From Octopus sinensis (Eukaryota), in assembly GCF_006345805.1 (NCBI RefSeq), contig NC_043025.1, positions 7,874,001 to 7,938,000 on the forward strand: DNA of 64,000 nucleotides, given 5' to 3'. Below the pieces are notes generated by a model, which saw only the letters and a list, made by a program, of their open reading frames with translations, was not told where the DNA came from and did no database searches. A program made the translations under genes and the position numbers. This document shows positions 39,239 through 52,408 of this stretch, one piece after another. The first letter of the stretch is position 1. Each line of letters starts with the position of its first letter.

Positions 39239-40648
39239 ATGGACTATGAGTCTCTAACAGACTTGTCCACGACAGATGAGGAACTGGAACAGGCAATTGC
39301 AATGAAGCTGATGGAAGAAAAGGCTGGAGTTTTCGAGTCTTTATCAGACTTGCCTACGTCTGAGAAGGAGCTAGAAATGGCAGCAAGGAAATTGGAAGAG
39401 AAGCTGAGTTATACCTATGCCGGTGTAACCAAGAAGGCTGAAGAGAAAGGGGTCGACTTGGCCAAGCTACCAAGTTACCAGAAATACATGAAAAAGGAAA
39501 GCGGTGAGGTGGAACTAGCACCGACACCCAGGAGAAAGGAATGGTATGATAGGAGGACCATTATTTACAGGGTGTTCGCAAACGAAAGGAAGAGGGTAGA
39601 AGTTGTAACCATGGAATGGATAGAGGAAGCCCTGCGAAGAACTGAGGAGGAAATAAATTTTCTGACTCGAGGATCCGTAGTGGTACATTTTAAAAGTGAA
39701 TCTGCAGCGAGGAAGATGGCGGCGAAGGCGGTGAAGTCAGAAAAGGTAACACTGTTACCTACGTATTTAAACAGAAGGATTACACGAATAAGGGTGGAGG
39801 GAGTGCCACCAAACGTGGAGGCAGAGTGGATTGTGGCGGCTGTGATCAGCGGCCACGAGGAGGAAGTAGATATTCTCCATGCCTCGGTTAAGTCCGAGGG
39901 CTGGAGAGGCGTAACAGTGGAGCTGAACGTACAGGCAGAGACCGAGGTACTGGTGGACCTGGCGGAAAGCATCAGATTGGGAGACGTGATCATGAGAGTG
40001 TGGGTGGAGGGCAGGGCTCCACGTTGTTACAAGTGTGGCCTGAGGGGTCACATAAGAGCCTTCTGCCCTCCCCCAGGGAAAGAAATGGATTCCGAACCAC
40101 AGAGAGAGAAGCAGAAACCAGAGGAGAAGGAGACAGTAGAAGAGGAAGAGAATACACAGAAATGGAAGGAAGCTGGAAATAAGAGGAAGAGAAGAATACG
40201 TGGAAAAGAAAATAATATGGAACTCCAATCCACCCCAAAACCACCCACGCCCTCTGAGTCCCACCCTATCCATGCAGACATTGAACCCACCCGCTCCCCC
40301 CCAACAAGAAAACAAAAGAAAAAAAAGAATACACACACACAAGAGATTGAAATCGATATCAGGCCGTACATTTGTACTATGACTGAACAGAAAGAAGTTA
40401 AAAGTCTAATGGAAGAGTATAAATGGTATGAAGTTGGTGAGACTAGGTATGCTGTGATTGAAAAGAAGAACTTTGATGAGTTTATGGTGAGGTGTGAAAG
40501 GGAGAATTGGGAGGTGAAAGATATAAGAATGAGCGATGAATTCGTGGAAAATATGGATGAGTATTTCGGAGTAAGAATGGATATGGAATTTATTCGTATT
40601 GGCAAAGAACATTCAAGTGACTATGAAAAACAAAGGACTGGTAAGTGA
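39239..40648 (+). CDS. Non-LTR retrotransposon ORF1-like nucleic-acid-binding protein (L1/Tx1-type), intact, 469 aa
   Basis: Uninterrupted 1410-nt ORF; RRM-like stretch ...PTYLNRRITRIRVEGVPPNV; CCHC knuckle CYKCGLRGHIRAFC at 40025-40066; charged/Pro-rich linker; no introns; no ORF2 follows. Confidence 0.8.
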   Translation: MDYESLTDLSTTDEELEQAIAMKLMEEKAGVFESLSDLPTSEKELEMAARKLEEKLSYTYAGVTKKAEEKGVDLAKLPSYQKYMKKESGEVELAPTPRRKEWYDRRTIIYRVFANERKRVEVVTMEWIEEALRRTEEEINFLTRGSVVVHFKSESAARKMAAKAVKSEKVTLLPTYLNRRITRIRVEGVPPNVEAEWIVAAVISGHEEEVDILHASVKSEGWRGVTVELNVQAETEVLVDLAESIRLGDVIMRVWVEGRAPRCYKCGLRGHIRAFCPPPGKEMDSEPQREKQKPEEKETVEEEENTQKWKEAGNKRKRRIRGKENNMELQSTPKPPTPSESHPIHADIEPTRSPPTRKQKKKKNTHTQEIEIDIRPYICTMTEQKEVKSLMEEYKWYEVGETRYAVIEKKNFDEFMVRCERENWEVKDIRMSDEFVENMDEYFGVRMDMEFIRIGKEHSSDYEKQRTGK

Positions 40649-41619
40649 TGCTGACGGACGGGGCCGTTGGTATCGCTTTCATTTTATCATTTTTTCGTTT
40701 AACAATTCATTTTCATAAATTTTAATTATAATGTTCTATGTCCCCATGTCTCTTGGTGTCCCCCTCTGTGTCGCCCCTAGTGGGTAATAAAGAATCACCC
40801 AAGTGATTTGGTTCCCCTGGAAGATAGAGAATTGGTAAAACTCTTTCGAGGTGAAATCTGAAAGGATTTTAAGAAATCTTTGCAGTGAGGCAAGGCAAGC
40901 GAAGCAAAATATTTATTGTCTGCCTGAGAAATCTGGTATGCTTGAAAACACTGTCTTTGCTGCTTGCCCAGCTGAAGGAGATGTTCTCCTGGGGCTACAA
41001 GCTACAGTAACACCCACCCTTAGTGGTTAGCCATATTGAGATGGCAAATATACCTCACAATAATAAAATTTTCTTGCACAAATTCAAATTACGAAGAACG
41101 AAAACAACAAACGAAAGTTGCTTTGGAAGTGTTGAGATGTCTTAGAAAGTTAAAGAAGTGACTTTAAATTCTCAAACGCAGGATAATGCTTATAATATAG
41201 CCTGAACAGGATAAGCTACCCCTATTTTGCAGAAAAAATGTGTTGGCAGCCGGTTATGAGACTCGAACTCACACCTCCGTCTTTACGCGTCGCGGTGCTC
41301 TGAACCAAAAGAGTTTTACCAATTCTGTATCACACAAGAGCACAAGACCAATATTAGTAGATTTGATATCTTACTATTCAGACATCAGTATCATAATTTT
41401 GTTTTTGTGTCCATTTTGTGTCCATTCACCAAGCTGTCTCTCTTCCTACCAAATCGTGGTATTACTACTTGACTACTCGTTCTCATTACTAAGAGACCCT
41501 CCTTTCTGCAAAATTCAATAGATTTGACGTCGACGTTGCAATTACCCGAAGCTATTAAGTTTAGGAAGCTTATCAACTGAAAGGTAAGTGTATATTTCTT
41601 TATTTGTAAAATGATTCTA

Positions 41620-42447
41620 GGATCTTTTCGGTTTGAACGACAGTTTTTAACATAATTTCCACGTAACTAAAAAATTTTAAACTTCGTATACTGGTAGAAT
41701 GTGTTTATAAAACATCTTTTTCTCTTGGCTTTCTTGAGAAAATTCTATCGTTTCTAAGATACTAGTTACTCTTTTACTCTCTCTTTTACTTGTTTCAGTC
41801 ATTTGACTGCGGCCATGCTGGAGCACCGCCTTTAGTCGAGCAAATCGACCCCGGGACTTATTCTTTGTAAGCCCAGTACTTATTCTATCGGTCTCTTTTG
41901 CCGAACCGCTAAGTAACGGGGTCGTAAACACACCAGCATCGATTGTCAAGCAATGCTAGGGGGACAAACACACACACACACACACACATACTTATATATA
42001 TATACATATATACTACAGGCTTCTTTCAGTTTCCGTCTATCAAATCCACTCACAAGGCACTGGTCGGTCCGGGGCTATAGCAGAAGACACTTGCCCAAGA
42101 TGCCACGCAGTGCGACTGAACCCGGAACCATGTGGTTGGTTAGCAAATTACTTATCACACAGCCATTCCTGCGCCTATTGTTGTTGTTTTTTTCTTCAAT
42201 TTCTGCAATTTCAACCAATCACTGACGTCCATTGAGGTAAAAAAACATTCTGTGCCGTATGAATATGTCCCTCGTTTAAGAAACAGATTGGGTTTATTTA
42301 CATTTCTGAAGAAAAAAAAATAACCTTCCCCCACCCCTAACCCTAAAACAGATTGAAATGCAATAGATCGATACTAGGGTCATAATTATGGGTGACAATT
42401 TCATATGACACCGCTAGAAAAAACTGCCGTTCAAACCCAAAAGATCC
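41620..42447. mobile_element. MITE with GGATCTTTTCGGTTTGAACGGCAGTTTT TIRs, interrupted by SINE-A
   Basis: TIRs at both ends; homologous to 52409-53615 and to the partial copy 44655-44790. Confidence 0.85.
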
Positions 42448-42567
42448 AAAGTAGGTGAATGTTTCAAATGTTACCAATGCGTCAAATGACGAGTGTAGTC
42501 CTTATAGGTAGTACTGGATTCATTTTCTTTTCACAGTTGATGCAAACTACCTATAATATATAGTGTA

Positions 42568-43049
42568 CAAGCAGTATCGCCTGGCGTTGCTCGGGTTTGT
42601 AAGGGAAATAACTATATAAGCATTTTTAGAGAGTTATAGCAAAAAAAATAGCAAAAAAATGCATTAAAAATGGAAAAAAAAATTATGGTAATTTTTTTTT
42701 AAATCGTTGACTCATCGTAGACATTTTTAGAGAGTTACTTCCCTTATATAATAGCGAAAAAATGCCATTAAAATGGAAAAAAATGATGGTAATTTGTAAA
42801 AAAAAATCGTTGACTCATCGTAGACATTTTTAGAGAGTTACTTCCCTTATATAATAGCGAAAAAATGATGGTAAATTTTTTTTTAAATCGTAGACTCATC
42901 GTAGACGCGCGCTAATACCCAGAAGGGCTCGATATGAATGACGACTATAAGATACCCGGTTTTGGTTAAACTGCACCGCAAAATGTGGGAGTAGTTAGGA
43001 ATCTAAATCGTAGGAGACAGACACACAACTTCACGTTTATATATAAAGA
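42568..43049 (-). mobile_element. Non-autonomous Helitron
   Basis: Minus strand ATCTTTATATATAAAC ... cccgagcaacgccagg ... CTTGT. Confidence 0.85.
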
Positions 43050-44799
43050 TACCATAAGACTATGGAAAGTGAAGTACCATAATGTCAAAATCTACCAAAG
43101 TTTTTGAACGGTGTACAACTAAGATGTCAAAATGCGTCAATTGACGCACTCGGAAAACAAGGGAAATAATTGTGTTTTTAATGGTATTTTGTTATTAGTT
43201 GTCTCCCCTGAATTTGTTTATACCAGGCGGGAGTTCTTTCCCTGTAAAATAGATGCGCGAATGAAGGGTCGCTAACGGAGCCACAATACAGACCTGCTAG
43301 AAATAGATGCCAGAATGCATTCATATTGATCACACTGTCTTCGGAAAAGAAGGTATTTAGCAAACAGTAAGGGTGGTCATAAGTGGAACGCTTTTGATCA
43401 GTTTTGCTCGACCAGGCCTGGCATCTTTTGTCTCTCACTTGTTTCAAGTCATTCGACTGCGTCCATGCTGGAGGAATTTTAGTCGAACTAATCGACTCCA
43501 GTACTCAGTTTTTTATTGAGTCAGGTAATTGTTCTATCGGCCCCTTTTGCCGAACCACTAAGTTAAGGGACGTAAACACACAAACACCGGTTGTCAAGAG
43601 ACGGTGACGCAAACACGCACGCACGCACACATACATACATACATACATATATATTTTTTTTCATTTTACTTGTTTCAGTCATTTTGACTGCGGCCATGCT
43701 GGAGCACCGCCTTTAATCGAGCAAATCGACCCTGGGACTTATTCTTTGTAAGCCCAGTACTTATTCTATCGGTCTCTTTTTGCCGAACCGCTAAGTGACG
43801 GGGACGTAAACACACCAGCATCGGTTGTCAAGCAATGCTAGGGGGACAAACACACACACAAACACATACACACACACATATATATATATACATATATATG
43901 TATATATATATATACATATATACGATGGGCTTCTCTCAGTTTCCGTCTACCAAATCCACTCAAGGCTATAGTAGAAGACACTTGCCCAAGGTGCCACGCA
44001 GTGGGACTGAACCTGGAACCATGTGGTTGGTTAGCAAGCTACTTACCACACAGCCACTCCTGCGCCTATACATACATACAAACACACGCATACACACACA
44101 CACACAGACTAGGGGCTTCTTTCAGTTTCCGTCCACCAAATCCGAGGCAAGAGCAGAAAATACCTGCTGAAGGTGGCACGCAGTGTGATTGAACCCGCAA
44201 CCATGTGGTTCGGAAGCAAACTCCTTACCACACAATTGTTTTCTTTTTGCTTTAGGCATTGACTTGCGGCCATACTGGGGCACCGTCTTGTATGATGTAG
44301 TCGAAGAAATCGATTCCAGTACTTATTTTGATGTGTTGTACTTATTCTATCGATCGCATTTGCAGAGCCGCTAAGTTACGGGGGGACGTAAACAAGCCAA
44401 CACCGGTTATCAAGTGGTGTGGGGTGGACAAGCGATTGCGGGGGGGGGGGGGGCAAACACGCACCCGTGCATATATATTTATGTATTTACTATTGATGGA
44501 GAAGGCGCATGACTCAGTGGTTAGAGCGTCGAGCTAAAGATCGTGAGGTTCTGAGCTCGAATCCCGGACTGGGCTGCGTATTGTGTTCTTGAGCAAGACA
44601 CTTTATTTTCACGTTGCTCCAGTTCACTCAGCTGTAGAAATGAGTTTTGAAGAAAAAAGATACCCTTCCCCCACCCCTAACCCTAACCCAGATTGAAATG
44701 CAATAGATCGATACTAGGGTCATAAGTATGGGTGACAATTTCATATGACACCGCTAGGAAAAACTGCCGTTCAAACCGAAAAGATCCAAAATAGGTGCA

Positions 44800-44990
44800 A
44801 GTTTCAGGTGCCAAGATGTATCGGCCCCTTTGCTTTTCCCTTGGATAACACTGGTGGCGTGGAGAGGAGAGGCTGGTATGCATGGGAAACTGCTGGTCTT
44901 CCATAAACAACCTTGTCTGGACTTGTGCCCCGGAGTGTATCTTTCTAGGTGCAATCCCATGGTCAGTGTCGTGACCGAAGGGGGTCTCAG
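44800..44990. mobile_element. Dispersed repeat, inverse of 15890-16060
   Basis: ccatgggattgcacctagaaag...gaggcacaagtc shared between the two loci. Confidence 0.7.
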
Positions 44991-46109
44991 AATTGATGGA
45001 CCGACATTTTTATGTGGAGTTTGGATGTGGTTGGTGTAGGATTCCCTCCTGTTCATATGTATTTCAATATCTTATGGAACGGGTAGTTTGAAAATACCTG
45101 ACAGGGTGGCGCCCGTGTCCTGTGTCGTTAGGGATTGCCCTTTGGCAAGGCATAGCACCAATTTGACCACCCCACCAAGGATACAGGGATACCTGCCAAG
45201 GGTGGTGGATTGTGGAGAGGCAGCGGAAGAGCTCAACTGAGCATCTTACATTGATACTGAGCGGAAGAATCATAGAAGATCAACGGTCAGGATCAACAAG
45301 TTGAGTACCCGTAACGCACCCATAGGGGGCGGCGTCCATGGTTGTGTATTTAGCTAATGGAGGGAGCGCTCTGTCGGTTGCGACGACGAGGGTCCCAGCT
45401 GATACGATCAACGGAACAGCCTGCTCGTGAAATTAACGTGAAATTAACGTGTAAGTGGCTGAGCACTCCGCAGACACGTGTACCTATTTCTTTACTACCC
45501 ACAAGGTGCTAAACATAGAGGGGACAAACAAGGACAGACAAACGGATTAAGTCGATTATATCGACCCCAGTGCGTAACTGGTACTTAATTTATCGACCCC
45601 GAAAGGATGAAAGGCAAAATCGACCTCGGCGGAATTTGAACTCACAACGTAGCGGCAGACGAAATACGGCCACCCATTTCGCCCGGCGTGCTAACGTTTC
45701 TGCCTGCTCGCCGCCCTTAATGTTGTTCTCGGGGAGATTCAGCGTGACGCAGAGTGTAACAAGGCTGGCCCTTTGAAATACAGGTACTACTCATTTTTGC
45801 CAGCTGAGTGGACTGGAGCAACGTGAAATAAAGTGTCTTGCTCAAGGACACAACGCGCCGCCGGGAATTGAACTTATGACGTTACGATCATGAGCCGAAT
45901 GCCCCTAACCACTGAGCCACACGCCTTCACTTTAGCTAATGAAAGCTCACTGAATGACCACTGTGCCCTGCATATTTGCGAGTTGCCCTTTGGCAAGGTA
46001 AAGGACCCTTTCAGCCAGCCTGTCAAGGATATGGCAAGGTCATTGGACTGCAGCATGGTCGATTGGGAAGCGGTAGGGAAGAGCTCAACTGAGCCAGTGG
46101 TGCTTCTTA

Positions 46110-46415
46110 GTGGAGGCACATGGCCTAGTGGTGAGAGTAGCGGACTTGCGGTCGAGGGATTGCAGGTTCGAATCTCAGATCGGGCGATGTGTGCGTTTAT
46201 GAGTGAAAACACCTAAACTCCACACGGCTCCGGCAGAAGGTAACGGCGAAACTTCTGCTGACTCTTTCGCCACAACTTTCTCTCACTCTTTCCTCCTGCA
46301 TCTTGCGGCTCACCTGCGATGGACCGGCGTCCCGTCCAGGTGGGGAAGCTATACGCCAAGAAACCGGGAAACTGGCCCTTATGAGCCAGGCGTGGCTCGA
46401 GAAGGAACAAACAAA
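46110..46415 (+). mobile_element. Complete SINE with 12-bp target-site duplication
   Basis: TGGTGCTTCTTA at 46098-46109 and 46416-46427; tRNA head; (AAAC)n tail. Confidence 0.9.
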
Positions 46416-48653
46416 TGGTGCTTCTTACATTAATGCTAAGCAGAGGATTCCTAGAAGATCGACGGTGAGGGTCACCAAGCTCTATGGAGGGACTACCTGC
46501 GATGCATCCATATGAGCAGCCATCCATGGTTGGGTAATCAGCCAATGAAAGATGGCCTCTCCCGTCGAAGACGACGTCTGAGCGTTCAGCTTTTGCCGAA
46601 CGATCTGCACACATGATTTGTTGATAATGATCAAATATATATGCCTATTTCTTTATTACCCACAAGGGGCTAAACACAGAGGGAACAAACAAGGACAGAC
46701 ATAGGTATTAAGTCGATTACATCGATCCCAGTGCGTAATTGGTACTTAATTTATCGACCCTGAAAGGATAAAAGGCGAAGTCGACTTCGGCGGAATTTTA
46801 ACTCCGAACATAAAGACAGACGCAATACTGCTAAGCATTTCGCCCGACGTGCTAACGTTTCTTATTTCTTTATTGCCCACAAGGGGCTAAACATAGAAGG
46901 GACAAACAAGGACAGACAAAGTGTTTAAGTTGATTGCATCGACCCCAGTGCGTAACTGGTACTTATTTAATCGACCCCGAAAGGATGAAAGGCGAAGTCG
47001 ACCTCGGCGCAATTTGAACTCAGATAGACGAAATACTGCCGAGCATTTCGCCCGGGATGCTAACGCTTCTGCCAGATCGCCGCCTTAGATCAAATAAATA
47101 TGCCGCACATTAGCTCACTTGCCTCCAACAGATCGCCGTTGCCTGGAGAGGTGCATGGTGCACCCTGCCTCAGCCGTCGATGTAATTGCAGAGCAATGTG
47201 AGACGCAATGTTTTGCTCAAGGACACAACACACCACCCGATCTAGGAACTGAAACCGCCTACCAAATCTACTCACATAATTGCGGTGTCGTTACAATAGA
47301 TTTGTCAGAATAGAGTAGGGAGAATTCACAAGACAAAAACCCAAAAAAGACAAGAGATAAGGAAGTAAGAAGGTGTACGGGCGCAGGAGTGGCTGTGTGG
47401 TAAGTAGCTTGCTTACCACAAGGCGGCGAGCTGGCAGAAACGTTAGCTGTTACGTTCTGAGTTCAAATTCCACCGAGGTCGACTTTGCCTGTCATCCTTT
47501 CGGGGTCGATAAATTAAGTACCAGTTACTTACTGGGGTCGATATAATCGATAATCGATTTAATCCGTTTGTCTGTTCTTGTTTGTCCCCTCTGTGTTTAG
47601 CCCCTTGTGGGTAGTAAAGAAATAGGTATTTCGTCTGCCGTTACGTTCTGTGTTCAAATTCCGCCGAGGCTGACTTTGCCTTTCATCCTTTCGGGGTCGA
47701 TAAATTAAGTACCAGTTATGCACTGGGGTCGATGTAATCGACTAAATACCTATGTCTGTCCTTGTTTGTCCTCTCTATGTTTAGCTCCTTGTGGGCAATA
47801 AAGAAATAGGTAAGTAGCTTGCTTGTGGGAAAGGCTTAAAGGATTTGGGGAGGAGTGTCGCATATGGCCGGGTGGCCCTTACACGACTTACATGTCCTAC
47901 ATGAATGAGGCATGGGAAATGGCGGGATACAGGAACTCAAGCGGCATTGAAGGTAATGATGAATATATCGATGGATATATCGAAGAGTAGGAGGAGAAAG
48001 GCCCTCGTTATAGGGTTTGAAACCTCATTGTATTATTTGTAGTGGTTTATAACCTCAATTACTCTTTACCCTTTACTCTTTTACTTGTTTCAGTCATTTG
48101 ACTGCGGCCATGCTGGAGCACCGCCTTTAGTCGAGCAAATCGACCCCAGGACTTATTATTTGTAAGCCCAGTACTTATTCTATCGGTCTCTTTTGCCGAA
48201 CCGCTAAGTAACGGGGACATAAACACACCATCATCTGTTGTCAAGTGATGCTGGGGGGACAAACACAAACATACACATACACATATATATATATATATAT
48301 ACATATATACGACAGGCTTCTTTCAGTTTCCATCTACCAAATCCACTCACATGGCATTGGTCGGCCTGAGGCTATAGTAGAAGACACTTGCCCAAGATGC
48401 CACGCAGTGGGACTGAACCCGGAACCATTGTGTGTTTAAAAAAACAAACATGTCAAGTAAGAGGTTTTAGTGCCTCCTTCTTGTAAGAGGTTTGAAACCT
48501 CATATTGATTTTTAAAAAAAGAAGATATGTTTTCGAGAAAAATCCAATCGGCGGGTGTTGGGTTTCGTCTCTCATTTATTCATTCTATTTCATTTTCATT
48601 CTTAATGTGTTTGTCCAGCCTGCAAAGCTACCCAATCTTTGTACTGTATATAA

Positions 48654-48854
48654 CAGTGCTTTTCAAACTTTTTGCTGAAGCGGAACCCCAAGGAAACATT
48701 CCACTGGCTCGAGGAACCCCTGTGCAATAATTTAATAGTGTTATGCACACATATCTGCACAGGAGAATAAAAAATTACTGCCGATTTTAGCAGTTTTGTA
48801 ACTTCTTGCGGAACCCCTGGACTGTACTGGCGGAACCCTGGTTGGAAACCACTG
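48654..48854. mobile_element. hAT-Charlie-like MITE
   Basis: CAGTGCTTTTCAAAC ... GTTGGAAACCACTG TIRs; flanks GTATATAA / GTCTATGA (6 of 8 match, resembling the NTCTAGAN target). Confidence 0.75.
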
Positions 48855-50399
48855 GTCTATGATGACAAATTTTATGAAATAAAGTAGCTTGCTTACCAAC
48901 CATATGTTTTCGGGTTCAGTCCCACTGCGTGGCACCTTGGGCAAGTGTCTTCTACTATAACCACAGGCCGACCAAAGCCTTGTGAGTGGATTTGGTAGGC
49001 GGAAACTGAAAGAAGCACGTCGTATTTATGTATATGTATATATGTGTGTGTGTGTGTTTGTGTGTCTGTGTTTGTCCCCCCAACATCGCTTGACAACCGA
49101 TAATGGAGTGTTTACGTCCCCGTTACTTAGCGGTTCGGCAAAAGTGACCGATAGGATAAGTACTGGGCTTACAAAGAATAAGTCCCGGGGTCGATTTGCT
49201 CGACTAAAGGCAGTGCTCCAGCATGGCCACAGTCAAAATGACCGAAACAAGTAAAGAGGTAGTCTCTTCTAGAAGTTTCCAAAATGGTCGCGCATGTGGT
49301 GCATTTTTCAGCGGACGAAATTAAGCTTTCCATATCGGAGCTGACTGTTTCATCATCAGAGAGTCAAAAAGAAAAAAATGTGAGGTGGATCCTTAGTAGA
49401 AGCTTTCAGTTGTTAGCAGTTCCATTCTCGAAGGAAAAAGATCGAGGTAGATCATTGGTGGAAGGCTTGTGGGATATAAAGGGTGGTATAAAGGAAAGGT
49501 GGAGGCGCAATGGCCCAGTGGTTAGGGCAGCGGACTCGGTGTCATAGGATCGCGGTTTCGATTCCCAGACCGGGCGTTGTGAGTGTTTATTGAGCGAAAA
49601 CACCTAAAAGCTCCACGAGGCTCCGGCAGGGGATGGTGGTGATCCCTGCTGTACTCTTTCACCACAACTTTCTCTCACTCTTACTTCCTGTTTCTGTTGT
49701 ACCTGTATTTCAAAGGGTGGAGGCGCAATGGCCCAGTGGTTAGGGCAGCGGACTCGGTGTCATAGGATCGCGGTTTCGATTCCCAGACCGGGCATTGTGA
49801 GTGTTTATTGAGCGAAAACACCTAAAAGCTCCACGAGGCTCCGGCAGGGGATGGCGGTGATCCCTGCTGTACTCTTTCACCAAAACTTTCTCTCACTCTT
49901 ACTTCCTGTTTCTGTTGTACCTGTATTTCAAGGGGCCGGCCTTGTCACTCTCTGTGTCACGCTGAATATCCCCGAGAACTACGTTAAGGGTGCACGTGTC
50001 TGTGGAATGCTCAGCCACTTACACATTAATTTCACGAGCAGGCTGTTCCGTTGATTCGGATCAACCGGAACCCTCATCGTCGTAACCGACGGAGTGCTTC
50101 CATCCATTCATAAAGGAAAGATAGGGTCCTGAATTAATGAGGGTAGATCGGTGACAAATATTCAGTTTTCCGATCAACTGAATAATCTGCTCCTTAATTA
50201 ACATGTACAAGGCCGAGTATTCCACAAACACAAACACAATTACAGTGATAGTGTCTACCTGCCTGCCTGCCTGTCTGTCTGCATGTCTATCTGTCTGTCT
50301 GTCTGTCTGTCTGTCTGCCTGTCTGTTTATCTGTGTCTTGGTGTAAGAATGTGTTTGAGTTGTCTGAGCGAATATCGGAGTATTTTAAATCTAGTTAAA

Positions 50400-50672
50400 G
50401 AATGCGTAAATAATTACGTGCGTATTTCTTGTCTGTGTATATATGATTTTGTGTGAGTGTATAAATATATATATACATATATATATATAAGCATATTTGT
50501 GTGTGTATGTGTGTATATATAGATAAATATAGCCATAATTGTGTGTGTGTGTGTATGTATGTGTGTTATATGTATGTGTGTATGTATGTATGTATGTATG
50601 TATGTATCTATCTATATATACATATATATATGCATATTTGTGTATATATATATAGATAGATATATGCATATT

Positions 50673-50714
<42 letters not shown>

Positions 50715-50736
50715 TATATATAGATATAAGAATATT

Positions 50737-50786
<50 letters not shown>

Positions 50787-50911
50787 TAGATATGCATATT
50801 TGCGTGTGTATATATATATATATATATATAGATATGCATATTTGTGTGTGTATATATATATATATAGATATGCATATTTGTGTGTGTATATATATATAGA
50901 TATATGCTTAT

Positions 50912-50974
<63 letters not shown>

Positions 50975-50990
50975 TATAATGCATATGTAC
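50400..50990. repeat. (TA)n compound microsatellite
   Basis: Direct reading. Confidence 0.95.
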
Positions 50991-51549
50991 ACACTTTTAT
51001 CCATCTATACGAGGTATCTTTCCAACCAAATTAATTACAAGAACAACATTTTTTCGTACCCCTTCGCTACCCGTCTCGCCATGCTACCCTTTACCCTCTA
51101 AGGCCACTACATCACCACAGGGAACCCTGGGGGTGTCCCCTACCGTTCCACGCTTCGATACCCGACACCCTATATTTACCAAACGACTGCGGACTTCACC
51201 AACACCCCTCCCTCGCAATATCTTGTCAACCCCACCCCACGCGACACAACGAGGAATCATCTTGCAGGACGTTCAATATGCTAGAAATAACAACCATGAC
51301 ACACTCAAATCATAGCCTTCATCTTGAAGAAAGGGTAGTGAGTATTTGGTAATACAGTCGGTAGATAACTCACAAATATGACGGTATGGCCACGGTTGGA
51401 ATTTTATTCATTATAGGTGTGACTGTAAGGTGCGCAATTGTATGGTTTTGACGTTCGATTCGCAACCATAAGCCGATCAAAATGCGTTGTGAGTGAATTA
51501 GGTCAACGGAAACTGAGTAGAAGCCTCACCTTCTCTCTCTCTCTCTCTT

Positions 51550-51580
<31 letters not shown>

Positions 51581-51733
51581 TATGTATGTATGTGTGTATA
51601 TATGTGTATGTATGTATGTATTTATGTATGTACGTATGTATATATGTATGTATATATGTGTATATATATATATGTGTATATTGAGAACAACTTTTAGTGG
51701 CTAGCGTAAGGGAGTTCACTTTTAGCGGATTCC

Positions 51734-51789
<56 letters not shown>

Positions 51790-52408
51790 ATGGTCTTCCA
51801 TACAGTTTCCATCTAACAAGTCCACACACAAGGCTTTGGTCAGCCTAGGGCTATAGTAGAAGACACATGTCCAAGGTGCCATGCAGTGGGATTGAACTTG
51901 TGGCCATACTGTTGAGAAACAGGCTTCACCACGACACACCTATTCCTTTACTTCAGCACGATCAAATGGGATGGTCACGGCTGGAACACTAGCTTATAAG
52001 TGAGCTTGAAGTTAGCTGGCAGAAACGTTAGCATGCCGGGCGAAATGCGTAGCCGTATTTCATCTGCCGCTATGTTCTGAGTTCAAATCCCGCCGAGGTC
52101 GACTTTACCTTTCATCCATTTGGGGTCGATAAATTAAGTACCAGTTACGCACTGGGGTCGATGTAATCGACTTAACCCGTTTGTCTGTCCTTGTTTGTCC
52201 CCCTCTGCGTTTAGCCCCTTGTGGGCAGTAAAGAAATATATAAGTTAGCTTGAACAGTGCTGACCGACAACTAAAGCGCAGCAGATGCATAGAACTAGAC
52301 TGCATAGTTGAGAGAGTGCAGCGAGACAAGACTGTTGCACTACGTCCCATGCAGTTAACTGCTGCATGTTGAAATGTGCAGTAGGATTGCCATCTAAGCA
52401 GGAGCCTT

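Noticed and set aside
37776-41305. LTR retrotransposon interpretation (gag between direct repeats)
   Set aside because: Repeats lack TG...CA ends, a PBS and a PPT, and begin inside another element; the ORF and tail look LINE-like
43228-43370. Possible exon with AG/GT boundaries
   Set aside because: Stop codons in all three frames
47950-47990. TGATGA-ATATATC-gatg-GATATAT-C-GAAG hairpin
   Set aside because: Three departures from the hammerhead core and no stem I
51000-51500. Unique-looking moderately GC-rich segment
   Set aside because: Only short ORFs with no recognisable motif or consistent splice sites
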